Assembly: GCA_951406725.2 (NCBI GenBank)
Contig: OX597833.1
Location: 71,300,001 to 71,364,000, forward strand
Reading direction: 5' to 3'
Origin: Octopus vulgaris
Taxonomy: Eukaryota
DNA length: 64,000 nt
The notes under the pieces are model-generated. The model did not search any database and had not been told where the DNA came from. It saw only the letters and a list, made by a program, of their open reading frames with translations. The position numbers and the translations under genes were made by a program. Shown in pieces: positions 26,675-37,783 of this stretch (within the stretch, counting starts at the first letter, position 1; each line of letters starts with the position of its first letter).

Positions 26675-28272
26675 GTATACATATATGAGTGTGTGTGTGT
26701 GTATTTGCTGCTACCTGAGCAACTGTATGAAGTATGTGATATTTACAAAGAAATGTCTGTTTGTTTTTGGAAGAGGAGAAGGGATGACTGGAGGGGGGTG
26801 GGGTGCGTTTTCTTTTTTTTTTTACTGCAGTTGTGTTTATTATTTCATTTCATCATTTTTTTCTTTTTTCTTTCTTTCATGTTTGTATATTTTTCATGTT
26901 TTTTTCTCCGTCTCCAAAAAGAGTTGGTGATGAGCGGAAAGGGAGAGAGAGAGGATGGAAAGATGAGATGAGATGAGATGAGAGAGAGACGAAAGGGTTC
27001 AGGGGTTGCTCTGTGTGTGTGTGTCAGTGTGTGTGTGTGTGTGTGTGAATGTGTAATGAATGTTTCTAGCTAAGATCACAAAATGGCACAAAAAAAACAA
27101 AAAAAAAAAAAACTTGAAGATAATTACAGACACACAGACACACAAAGTATATATTGCTCACCAACAGGAGAGATTTTTTGTTGCTGTTGTTGTTGGCTTA
27201 AACTCTCTATTTTTTTTTTTTTTTAATATAACAAATTCATACCAGTAATACTAGTAACACCAAGACTGTGTCCGTGTGTCCTTTCATGAGAACGTTTCAA
27301 CTGAGAAATTTGGAAATTATTCGGTTGAAAGTAGTTTTTTTTTGTTTTTCTTTTGTTTTTATTCTTCAATATATTTATTTTATTTATTTGTTTGTTTGTA
27401 CACGTTCTTGAAGAGAGTTATTCCTGTTTTTGTTGTTGCATTGCTTTTTCTGATTTCAGGGGGGAAAAAAAAAACAAAAAAAAAAAGAAAAAATCACCCC
27501 TCCCCCATTTTAGATCTGTTCTTTTTAAGCTTTCCCCCCCGATCCCACTTTTATCCCCCCCCCCGACCAAATTTTTCTTTTTTTCTTTTTTCTTCAGTTT
27601 TCTCCTTTTTTTTCCCTTTTTTTTTTTGGCGTTACCTTTACTCTTGCACACAATGAAGAGGAGAAAAAGTAAAAGAGGTACAAATATGCTTATTCCATTT
27701 TCTTTTTTTTCAACTTTTTTTTTTGTTTGTTTCCTTTTTAGATATACTGATTAAAAACACTGATGAAAAACTGATGATTAATTAACGAAGGAGATAACGG
27801 TGAGAAGGGCATGACACAAAAACTCCACTGAAAATAACGCCCCGCTCCACCAAAACCATCGGTCAAAAAGAAAAAGTCTTAAAAAAATAAATAGAACATA
27901 CTCACACACATACACGCACGCACATGCACTCACACACACACACACGCAAACAAGACCGGGTCACAAACAAACAAGACCGATTTACCATTTTTCAGAACCG
28001 TTTTTTTTTTTTTTTTTTGTGTCATTTTTCTGTGAATAAGTTTAATTCCATGTTTTTTTTTTTCTGACTTCTTTTTCTTTTATAGCAATATTTTTCTTTC
28101 AGTTTGTAGCAAAAAAAAAAAAAACCTAACAAACAAAGAAAACAAAACAAAACAACAAACAACAAACCTTATAAATACCAGAGCGATTCTGCTGACCAGT
28201 TGAAAGTTGGAATATACATCACTCACTTTATATATGTATTCACTCTCAGATATATATATATATATACATACA

Positions 28273-28680
28273 TTTACTCTTTTACTTGTGTCAGTCATTT
28301 GACTGCGGCCATGCTGGAGCACCGCCTTTAGTCGAGCAAATCGACCCCGGGACTTATTCTTTGTAAGCCCAGTACTTATTCTATCTGGCTCTTTTTGCCG
28401 AACCGCTAAGTGACGGGGACGTAAACACACCAGCATCGGTTGTCAAGCAATGCTAGGGGGACAAACACAGACACACAAACATACACGCATATATATATAT
28501 ATATATACATATATACGACGGGCTTCTCTCAGTTTCTGTCTACCAAATCCAGTCATGAGGCATTGGTCGGCCCGGGGCTATAGCAGAAGACACTTGCCCA
28601 AGATGCCACGCAGTGGGACTGAACCCGGAACCATGTGGTTGGTTAGCAAGCTACTTACCACACAGCCACTCCTGCGCCTA
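28273..28680 (-). mobile_element. SINE family 1, full length
   Basis: Near-identical reverse complement of 7324-7730, including the head aggcgcaggagtggctgtgtggtaag. Confidence 0.88.
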
Positions 28681-29040
28681 TATATATATATGTGTATATA
28701 TGTATGTATGTATGTGTGTGTGTGTGTGTGTGTCTACATATAAACACACATATATATATATATATATTCATACATACATATACGCACACACACAAACGTG
28801 CAGAGAGGGAATTGTAAGAACTGGCAGCAGTATGTAACAATAACAACAACAACATTAGCTTGCAACAGAAAAACCTATGGCAGTGATGTAATGACAGCCT
28901 CCCCCACACCTCCCCCTCTTGCACCCCTCCCCACTTCCACCCCCAAATATTATCGAGGAATACCAATACCCGGAAGATTTTGCATTCCTTTGATACGAGA
29001 GACAAAGGGGTCGACAATCACAGTAGAGAGGTGAGAGAGA

Positions 29041-29091
<51 letters not shown>

Positions 29092-29594
29092 CAGGGAGAG
29101 ATAGGCTGAGAGAGAAAGAGAGGTAACAAGAAAGTTGGTCAGACAATACAGGGGACCTAACGTTTTTTGAAAGGGAACAGTTTGTGTGTGTGTGAGAGAG
29201 GGAGGGAGGGAGAAAGGCGGGGACAGACAAAGAGAAATGATTATTTTCAAAGGGTAATATGTAACAACACACACACACAGGTGTAAAGGATACAATTTCA
29301 AAAACCCCACAACACTTAATCCATTTGCAACCCTTTAAAATTTTTGTTTACATGCGTGTGTTAATATTATTTACATTAAATGTCAACTATATACATACAT
29401 AAATACATATACAAGCATACACAAAGATACACAAACGTGTGTGGGTCTATGTTTGCGTGTGTGATTTGGAAAACATTTGGCTCTGTATTTTGCATAATAA
29501 CCTGCATAAAACGTCCAATCGATTCTCCCAGGATGAACACAAACTCATTTTCCCCCCTTCTTAGTTCGAAAACTGAATTTAAGACTATCTTCTT

Positions 29595-29665
29595 ATAGCA
29601 CGTAGGGGCTTCCATAGAGCGGCCAACATGGCGCGGTTGTTAGGCATAAGGGAGGTAATTCAACA
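29595..29665. promoter_or_regulatory. CpG-rich promoter-like patch with a YY1-type motif
   Basis: GCGGCCAACATGGCGCGG (AANATGGCG) plus AAGGGAGGTAATTC, in a locally CpG-retaining segment. Confidence 0.35.
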
Positions 29666-31064
29666 TTTAGTGAATAGGACAGATTTTAAACGAAGACTAA
29701 ACGATGCCTCAGTATTTTAGCTAAACTTATTGTACATTATGCATATATAGACAGGTATAAATATAAGATTAAAACAAGGCTCAAAGAGCTTGAGTACCAT
29801 GATGAAATGCGAATCTAACGCTTGGAGATTCAGTCGTGGGAATACCAACGTCAGTGCATTCCTACTTGAAATATGCCTCAGCAAAGAAGACTTTGTTTAA
29901 AACGTTAGCAATGATGTCTCACGGCAAAGAACCTTTTTCAAATATAGCGACTTCATTCATTTCCAACGACATCAACTGCCTCTAGTTTCCACAAACTCTT
30001 TTTCTCAGCTATTTCAAACCCAAACTAGACAACCAGGATCTTGATTCCTTCCAAGCAGCTTCTCAAACTAATCTACACAAGAACCACGATTTTTGTAGCC
30101 CTGCAACCACGACAGCAACGGGAATTTCTAGCAACAGAATTACTACACATCTATTCTGTGCACATTTATTTGTCCTTCAACACAAAATCGAATTTGTCTC
30201 TGCTTCTTTGATTCTTGTTAGTCACCAAACTCTCAACCAGGAGCAGAAGATGTTGTGTCTGAGCCAGGTAAACAGCAGCAAAGTGCAGCTATTTGTTTTT
30301 TTCTCTTGCCCAGGAACATCAAATGCAACAGATGGACTCTGTAAAATCTCAACAAGAAGGAGAAGAAAAGTACCATAAATGTTGTAGAGAGAAAGAAAAA
30401 AGAGAAATTTAATGGCTAAATTCATGTTCACATTTTAGCATTTAAACTGGCCAAGTATTCTCCTTGTTTTATGTTAAAACTGCCAAGATCTGACCTCTTA
30501 CACCTTCCCTACAATGTCATACTAAAACTATGATAATAGCATGATTAAAGTTTCACTTCACAAACCTTCAAACTATTCTATATTTATTATCAACATAGAT
30601 TCCCTAGCTCTCGTTTTTTTTTTTTTTTAAAAAACCCCTTATTTACATCTAACATTTCCCTAGAACAAAACTGCGAACTTGCTGACAGAAGTCTTAAGAA
30701 GAGAGAAATTCAACAGCAAAAGAGGTAGAAATTTAAAGTCTGGCAACCGAATCAAGGAAAATATTGGCAGAACTTGAGACTCAAACTAAACGATTGAACG
30801 TGGAGACCCAAAGGTTGTAAACAGGCTAAGATGATGATGATGATGATGATGAAATTAACAACAACAACAACGACAACAAAACTATTAATAAGGTGCACAA
30901 AATCATTTTTGTGTAGTTGACCAAAACTGACAAACTTATATTTTATTTGTACTTAATTTGACTCTAATTAAGATTTGAAATCAGAAAAAAGAGGCCAGAA
31001 ACCCAACAAGTGAAGCCATCTGCACTACGACCAACACACAATAAATATTAAGAATAATAATAAC

Positions 31065-31277
31065 AATTTCAAGTTTTTGCCACAAGGGCACCTTGGGGGG
31101 AAGGGTGTAGTTGATTACATCGACCCTAGTGTGTAACTGGTAGTTATTTAATCGACCCCCGAAAGGATGAAAGGCAAAGTCGACCTTGGCGGAATTTGAA
31201 CTCAGAACGTAAAGACAGATGAAATACTACTAAGCATTTCACCCGACGTGCTAACGATTCGACCAGTTCGCAGCCTT
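31065..31277 (-). mobile_element. Short tRNA-derived SINE (family 2)
   Basis: Full-length copy flanked by (TAA)n. A partial second copy follows at ~31310-31420. Confidence 0.75.
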
Positions 31278-31742
31278 AATAATAATAATAATAACATGGA
31301 AAAAAATGAAAAGGCAGAGCTGACCTCGGCAGGATTTGAACTTGCAACATAAAGAGCTGAAAGAAATACTGCAAGGCACTTTGTCTGACGCTCTAACACT
31401 TCTGCCACTTCACTATGTTAAATGACGATGTTCTTCACACCTTCACACGTGGCCCCTAATTTGGAGGGGGGAGGGTGTAGGGGATCAATTGCACCCTGTC
31501 CCCAGGAAATGACTGGTACCATAAGTAACAATTCATTACAGCCATTTCTAACGAATATTTTAATTAATTAAGGAGTGCATTATATCATTATAAAAAGACG
31601 TTTTCTCCAGATGAATACATGAATCCACGACATATTTAGGGATCTCATACGACTGGGGCCCTATTCTAACCTAACAAGGGGCCTCGCCTTTAAGTACTTC
31701 ATCCGACTGAATCTTGTCACACACACACACACACACTATTTC

Positions 31743-31748
31743 TTTATT
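31743..31748 (-). terminator. Candidate polyadenylation signal of the zinc-finger gene
   Basis: AATAAA on the minus strand ~670 nt after the stop, followed by a (GT)n run that could act as a GU-rich downstream element. Confidence 0.3.
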
Positions 31749-32417
31749 AATCACAATATTTCTTTACACACACACACACACACGTATATAAATATTCTAT
31801 GCACATATTAAAATACACAACATTCTGCTGATGTAATGATGATGATAATAATACTAATAATAATAACCGTAGCATTAGTAGCAGAATTACTAATCCTCTA
31901 CAACAGAGTAAAACAACATATCTGACCAGAGAGAGGGAGAGAAAAGAGTGTGCACACACACACACATATGGATGTATGTATACATATATATATATATATT
32001 CATATAGGTATACACACACGCACAACCACAACACACACATATATAATTACACACCGTGTGTGTGTGTTTCAATGTGTATGCATGTATGTATATAAGAATT
32101 TCATTTGACCAATTAAACAGTGGGAGATGACATGAAAAAATAAAAACAACACCATTTTCCCCCCCCCGATAGTTTTTCTTCCCTCCCCCCGACAACTTCA
32201 CACACTTAAGAAAAAAGGGAACAACAAAAGGGGTTTTCATGTTTGTTTGTTTGTTTGTTTTGTTTTGTTTTCTTCTTTGCCCCCAAATATATAAAATCAC
32301 GACCCCTTACTGTCATATCTGCCTTTGTTTGTTGTTGGTTTTTTTAATTTTATATATTCTTTTTTTGAATTCTATGTTTTTCCAGCACGAAGTGAAGGCC
32401 AAGGCACCTTCCTTCCT

Positions 32418-35400
32418 TTAGAAGTGTTTATGACAAAGTTCACAGGTGAAGTGCTGTTCTCCTATGTGTGTCCGGAAATGGCGAGTGAGATGGGACGCCT
32501 CAAAGAACTTGGAGTGACATATCTCACACTCATAAGGTCGGTCGGTGGAGTGTGTCCGCCTGTGTACAGTAAGTGTGTAGGACTGGGAGAAGGCCTTGCT
32601 GCAGACATCACACTTGAACGGGCGTTCGCCGGAATGTGTTCGCATGTGCCGGGTCAGCGTGTACGACTGGGAGAAGGCCTTCTCACAGACTTTGCACTTA
32701 AATGGTTTCTCTCCAGAATGAATTCTTTTGTGCCTGGTCAAATGACTCGGCTCCTGGAAACATTTGTGACACACTTCACACTCGAATGGCCTCTCCCCTG
32801 TGTGAGTTTTCAGGTGTTTCTTTAGAGTTGTCAGATTCGTAAACACCCGGCTACAAATGGCGCAAGCTTCTGAAACCACTGACTTGGAGCGATTCGCTTT
32901 CTTCTTCTTCTTCTGTCCGTTGGCACTGCTACCATTGCTGTTACTGTTCACGCCACCTTCGGTTTTGATCGTTTCTGCCGTCTCAAATATTTCGTTCTGA
33001 ATATCTATTGGTTCCACTTTACACACCACCATCTTGTTCTCCTCCAACAGTCCGTCCTCAGACACCTGGTTCCCATCAACAACAGCTTCCACCGAAGCAG
33101 ATTCAACATTTTCCCTGAGAGTATCCAAATCAAAAGTTTCCGATTCCTTGGAAGATACGGTTGATTCGCCTCCACTGTTCTTGGAGACGTCGGTGCCACA
33201 CACGGCAACTGCAAGTTCAGTAGGAGAGCACATACTGCTCTCTATTTCAACTGTGGGGCCCTCGGCAGCGCACAAACCATTGCCGAGGTTGTCAGATGAG
33301 CTTGCAGCAGCCAATATAGTGTTAACAAGTCCAGCTGTGCAAATGTTGCCAACTGAGGACACAGTCTCTCCGTTGTTTGTAATAACTGCCAGGCAAGCGT
33401 TGTTGCCCTGGAGTATGGTGTTGTTGTTCATAGGTAAGACAGTGGTGCCTGAGGTGCTGATGGTCGGCAGCACCGTGGCGCAGGTGCCGATAGTTGGTAG
33501 TACAGTACCTATAGTCGGTAGAGCAGTCATGCATGTACTAATAGTTGGCAGAGCTGTAATACATGTACTAATTGATGGCAGGGCCGTCATACAGGTACTG
33601 ATCGCAGGTAAAGCAGTAACACACGAACTAATAGCTGGCAGAGCAGAAACACAACTGCTGGTAGCCAATGGTTTCAGGTCTTCAGATCCATTTTCACTGA
33701 TCGCAACAGTGCTGTCGCTGGTCGTGACAACTGCTCCGCTTGTAGCGTTGACCGTCTCAACAGATTCTGTCTTGGGTTTGTGAGTGCGCATGTGTCTGGT
33801 CAGCGTATACGACTGTGAAAATGCTTTCTCACAAACTTTACATTTAAATGGCCTCTCACCTGAGTGGATGATCTTGTGTCGCTTCAAGTTGCTTGGTTCC
33901 TGGAAACATTTTTTACAAACATCACATTCAAACGGTTTCTCACCCGAATGGGTTTTCATGTGTTTCTTCAAACTGGTTGAATTTGTAAACACTCGGTTAC
34001 AAACAGTACAAGTCTCGGGTACCGATGACTTTGGTCGACTTGGTCTTTTCTTCTTAGTAGCATCCGGTGCCATTGTCTCGGCAACCTGGTCGTTTGTTTG
34101 GTTCTGAGTCAGACAAACCCCGTACGTATTGCTGCTGGCTGGTTCCGTTTTGATCATGCTTACATCAACCAAACCACCCTGGGTATCAGTCTGGCAAATG
34201 CTGGCCACACTGCCGTCGGAGTTGGTTAATGCTTCTTGGTTGACGTTCTTTGCCACACTCGCTACACAGAGGTTTGATATGTCGGTGGCACAGATGTTGT
34301 TCTCAAGTGTAATTGCTGTGCAAATTGTATTTCCCAAAGCATCCGTGGCGCAGATGTTATTAGCAAGAACTTCCTGGGTGCAGATATTATTGGTTAAACT
34401 ATCGGTGACACATATATTACCGGGACTGTCCGATGTACAAATACTGGTTCCAGCGAAGTTGATATGGGTCCCAGGACTATCCGATACACAGATATTATTG
34501 CCAGGACTGTTGGCTACACAGATATTGCTCATTGAAATATCAGCCACACATACATTATTCATCCCAATATCGGTGCCACAGATATTGCTCATGGTAATTT
34601 CTGGCCCACACACTGTGCCAATCTGGATATCAGAGGCGCAAATGTTATTCATAGAGATATCGCTATCACATATGGCATTCATCTGAATATCAGATTCGCA
34701 GATGTCTTGCATTGCAATATCAGACACATCAGCCATTGGTATCTCTGCAGCACACACGTCACTGATAGGGATTTCTGGTTCACACATATCTGACATAGGA
34801 AGGTCTGCCTCACACAAATCGTTCATAGCAACATCAGCGCCGCAAATATTGTCCATTGGAAGGACACTTTCACAAATATTGCCTTTTGAATTTACTCGAC
34901 TGCAAATGTCGTTGTGTTGTTCTCCACGCGGTGGGTTGCTTTCTCTCGCACCGATGCCAACACTTTCCGACAGGCTTTCTCCACCGGAAGAATTCTCCAA
35001 GCCTCCAGAATCACAAATTTTATTCTCAAAACCAGCAGCAGCTGCAGCAGTAGAATCACAGAGTCCTTTCTCACAGTTGTCTATATTTGTGGGCTCACTC
35101 GTTCCGGAACCATCCAATATCTGCTTCATACGAGTGTGGATTTCATTGGACTCCTCAGTATCTAATGTTGCAATTATATTTACAGTGGCATCATTTTCAC
35201 TCATCGAATCCACATAATTCTCCTCTCCCTGACTTCTATCATTGGTAGAACTTTCACAATCAACAATACTGTTTGTTAGAATCTCTGCATCGACAGTAGA
35301 TTTCCCCCCATAAATCTCCAAATTTCCTACGGAGTCTGTTGTTATATAGGCGTGGCCTCCTTCAACTGTACCGAGTTCTCCTGAAACATTATTTTCAATA

Positions 35401-35963
35401 CAGTTGGTTTCGTTGAAATCTTCTTTCGAAGGATTTTGAGGAAAGTTTGAAATTTCATAAAGGTTGCCCGACAATTCCACAAGTCCAGCAAGAGTTCTCT
35501 GTGTCGTCTCTAATTCGCTGCTTGCACCATCCTCTTCGTCTTCGTCCTCAATTTCATCAAAATCACTCAACCCCTGAATGCTATCAGTGGCAACTCTCGT
35601 TTCGTTTGTCACATTCTCAAAAGTGCCGTCTTCTTCGTCGGCTTTCTTGGTCTTCTGTAACAATTCAATGATGGCATTTTGAGCAGTTTCGTAGATTCTG
35701 ACGTCATGTTTGAAGTTCTCCGAAAGAGAATCGGCAGCTAAAGAATGGCCTTCACCTAATTCTATAGGGGAAAGACTTTCAGAACCGGAAGCTTCCAACT
35801 TGCATATAGAAGCATTGTTTTCACACGAGCTCTTGGAGGTGTTGTCCTGTAGACACGCGTCACTTGCCGAGTTACTGGATTCAAATGTGACATTCCTGGA
35901 GCTATCTGTTCCAGTTTGATTCTTTGCTTCAGATTCAACGACCATTAGATTGTCTAAAGTCAT
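32418..35963 (-). CDS. C2H2 zinc-finger protein (~1181 aa; 3 + 5 complete fingers plus a terminal half finger; acidic N-terminus; two Cys-rich decapeptide repeat tracts)
   Basis: Uninterrupted 3.5-kb ORF with canonical C-x2-C-x12-H-x3-H fingers and (T/S)GE(K/R)PF linkers, plus KKKR and KKKKK NLS-like patches and IKTE SUMO motifs. The ORF-track start at 36086 is a TTG. The first in-frame ATG is at 35963 (MTLDNL...), and an in-frame TGA lies upstream at 36126-36128. Confidence 0.93.
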   Translation of the reverse strand: MTLDNLMVVESEAKNQTGTDSSRNVTFESSNSASDACLQDNTSKSSCENNASICKLEASGSESLSPIELGEGHSLAADSLSENFKHDVRIYETAQNAIIELLQKTKKADEEDGTFENVTNETRVATDSIQGLSDFDEIEDEDEEDGASSELETTQRTLAGLVELSGNLYEISNFPQNPSKEDFNETNCIENNVSGELGTVEGGHAYITTDSVGNLEIYGGKSTVDAEILTNSIVDCESSTNDRSQGEENYVDSMSENDATVNIIATLDTEESNEIHTRMKQILDGSGTSEPTNIDNCEKGLCDSTAAAAAGFENKICDSGGLENSSGGESLSESVGIGARESNPPRGEQHNDICSRVNSKGNICESVLPMDNICGADVAMNDLCEADLPMSDMCEPEIPISDVCAAEIPMADVSDIAMQDICESDIQMNAICDSDISMNNICASDIQIGTVCGPEITMSNICGTDIGMNNVCVADISMSNICVANSPGNNICVSDSPGTHINFAGTSICTSDSPGNICVTDSLTNNICTQEVLANNICATDALGNTICTAITLENNICATDISNLCVASVAKNVNQEALTNSDGSVASICQTDTQGGLVDVSMIKTEPASSNTYGVCLTQNQTNDQVAETMAPDATKKKRPSRPKSSVPETCTVCNRVFTNSTSLKKHMKTHSGEKPFECDVCKKCFQEPSNLKRHKIIHSGERPFKCKVCEKAFSQSYTLTRHMRTHKPKTESVETVNATSGAVVTTSDSTVAISENGSEDLKPLATSSCVSALPAISSCVTALPAISTCMTALPSISTCITALPTISTCMTALPTIGTVLPTIGTCATVLPTISTSGTTVLPMNNNTILQGNNACLAVITNNGETVSSVGNICTAGLVNTILAAASSSDNLGNGLCAAEGPTVEIESSMCSPTELAVAVCGTDVSKNSGGESTVSSKESETFDLDTLRENVESASVEAVVDGNQVSEDGLLEENKMVVCKVEPIDIQNEIFETAETIKTEGGVNSNSNGSSANGQKKKKKANRSKSVVSEACAICSRVFTNLTTLKKHLKTHTGERPFECEVCHKCFQEPSHLTRHKRIHSGEKPFKCKVCEKAFSQSYTLTRHMRTHSGERPFKCDVCSKAFSQSYTLTVHRRTHSTDRPYECEICHSKFFEASHLTRHFRTHIGEQHFTCELCHKHF

Positions 35964-36140
35964 TGATTCTGTGAGAGATACACTAGTTCTTTCAGTGGAT
36001 CTGCAGCGCCAAAGAATAAAACCACAATCAACGACTTGTAACAGTTTAAAATAGAAATTCGCTTCTGTCCTGGATGCTGCAGACAACTTTGGCCAGAGAA
36101 ACGATGCTTTTTCGAGAAGATTCTTTCACCAAAGCAGCAT
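35964..36140 (-). other. 5' UTR portion of the zinc-finger coding exon (acceptor AG at 36142-36141)
   Basis: The minus strand reads TTTATTTTATTTTATTTTTATGCTTTCAG|ATGCTG..., a strong U-rich tract ending in CAG directly upstream of the ORF region. Confidence 0.75.
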
Positions 36141-36983
36141 CTGAAAGCATAAAAATAAAATAAAATAAATAAATAAATAAATACATAAAAATTAAGATTA
36201 TGAAATGCATTCAATAAACTAACAAAATTAATTAGTATCGTAAACAATGTAATAATTAAATAAAATTATTTAATTCCAGAATTCAAAACACAATTATTTT
36301 CTGATTTAATAATAAATACAATAGGAAACAGATTTTACTATTGAACAAGAATTAATCCCTTAACACCAAATGGTGGAATTAATAAATAATTCCATTTGTC
36401 CCATGAAAATCTGAATCTAAATATCATCGTCCTGGATGCTGGTTACCAGTCTCTCTCATCACAAACAACATCTCCAGATGATCAATTCTCTATTTATTAT
36501 CAACAGCTTTGATGTGAAAACTATTTTACTTTCTTTTGTATAATCATAGTTTGTGAATGATGGCAAGGCTGGTTGCAGCTTTGCAAATGGCCAAGCGTTG
36601 GTCTTTGATATTTACAATGGCATCAGTGGAAATGACAGGAAGAAGAAGAAAAACAGAAAAAAAAAAAGAGACATAATACAGAAATGGTTTAATCATCTGT
36701 TGATATCCAAGCAGTGACAACCACACACACACACACACACACACACACGCATGGTAGGCTTCTGTACAGTCTCTGTCAACTAAATCTCCTTCTTAAGGTC
36801 CTGATCAAGCTGAGGCTGTGGTGGAAGGTGCTTGCCCAAGATGCTGTGTAGTGGAAGGGTATGGGGCTAAACTTTTGGACCCCAAAGTAACACCCGATGC
36901 CAACTTATTATTACACGAAACATCAAATGATGCTGGTAGGATGGGAGAATGGTGGAGAGGGCTGACAGTGAAGGCAATATTAA

Positions 36984-37204
36984 CCCTTTTGTGACCAACC
37001 CAACTGAAACCGGCTCTGGCTCTTTAGTACAAATGTCTTGTTTTCATAAGTTCTGAATTAAAATCTTCCACCAAACCTTAATCACAATTTATGTTCCTAA
37101 CACTAGCTTAACGATAACTAAGTTATTTTACTAAATTCTTTGTTATATTTGAAGTAATTGGAAGAAACACAGAGCATCTCAAAATAAATACAGTAATGAA
37201 AGGG
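36984..37204. mobile_element. piggyBac-like MITE (same family as 11870-12089)
   Basis: TTAA|CCCTTT ... AAAGGG|TTAA; the internal sequence is the reverse complement of the 11870 copy. Confidence 0.75.
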
Positions 37205-37510
37205 TTAAAAGGTATTGAGACAATGACAGGAGAGTTACACTTGGAAGGTGACAACCACCACCGATCGACACTCCCATCGACATACTCCAATATTTCATAT
37301 TGTTGAATAACACTTGGGACTCAGTTCCACACGACTCAAAGCAGCATGGATATGTAAGATACATCCAGTCCACTTCTAGCATCTGATGAGATGGGCACGT
37401 CCTGTGCACTTACAAAACTTTATGTGATGTGCAACTGAGCCAAACTGTTATCAAAACATGTATGGAACTCACACGAATTGTGTTGTGTGCTACTTTCTTT
37501 CTTCCATATA

Positions 37511-37770
37511 TCATCATCATCATCATCATCATTGTTTAACGTCCGTTTTCCATGCTAGCACTGGTTGGACGGTTCGACCAGGGTCTGGGAAACCAGGAGG
37601 CTGCACCAGGATCCAGTCTGATCTGGCAGTGTTTCTACAGCTGGATGCCCTTCCTAATGCCAACCACTCTGTGAGTGTAGTGGGTGCTTTTTACATGTCA
37701 CCGGCACAGGGGCCAGAGGAGACTGGCAAACGGCCAGAATCGGTTGGTGCTTTCTACGTGCCACTGGCAT
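37511..37770 (-). mobile_element. RTE 3' end fragment
   Basis: Homologous to 145-440. Further fragments lie at ~39440-39960, 40790-41040, 43890-44015, 50430-50615, 52455-52660 (-) and 63010-63140 (+). Confidence 0.78.
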
Positions 37771-37783
37771 ATATATACATATG

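Noticed and set aside
28600-28680. tRNA gene at SINE heads
   Set aside because: A/B boxes are present, but there is no acceptor stem or full cloverleaf, and the sequence continues into the SINE body.
32325-32420. A-to-I recoding of the TAA stop to complete the last finger
   Set aside because: It needs double editing to UGG, and the downstream frame has no L..H...H.
32325-35919. Several plus-strand ORFs of 70-249 aa overlapping the zinc-finger CDS
   Set aside because: They are antisense shadows of the real reading frame and have no independent motifs.
35964-36086. ORF-track N-terminal extension MSAASRTE...
   Set aside because: It starts at TTG, which is a prokaryote-style call; the first ATG is at 35963.
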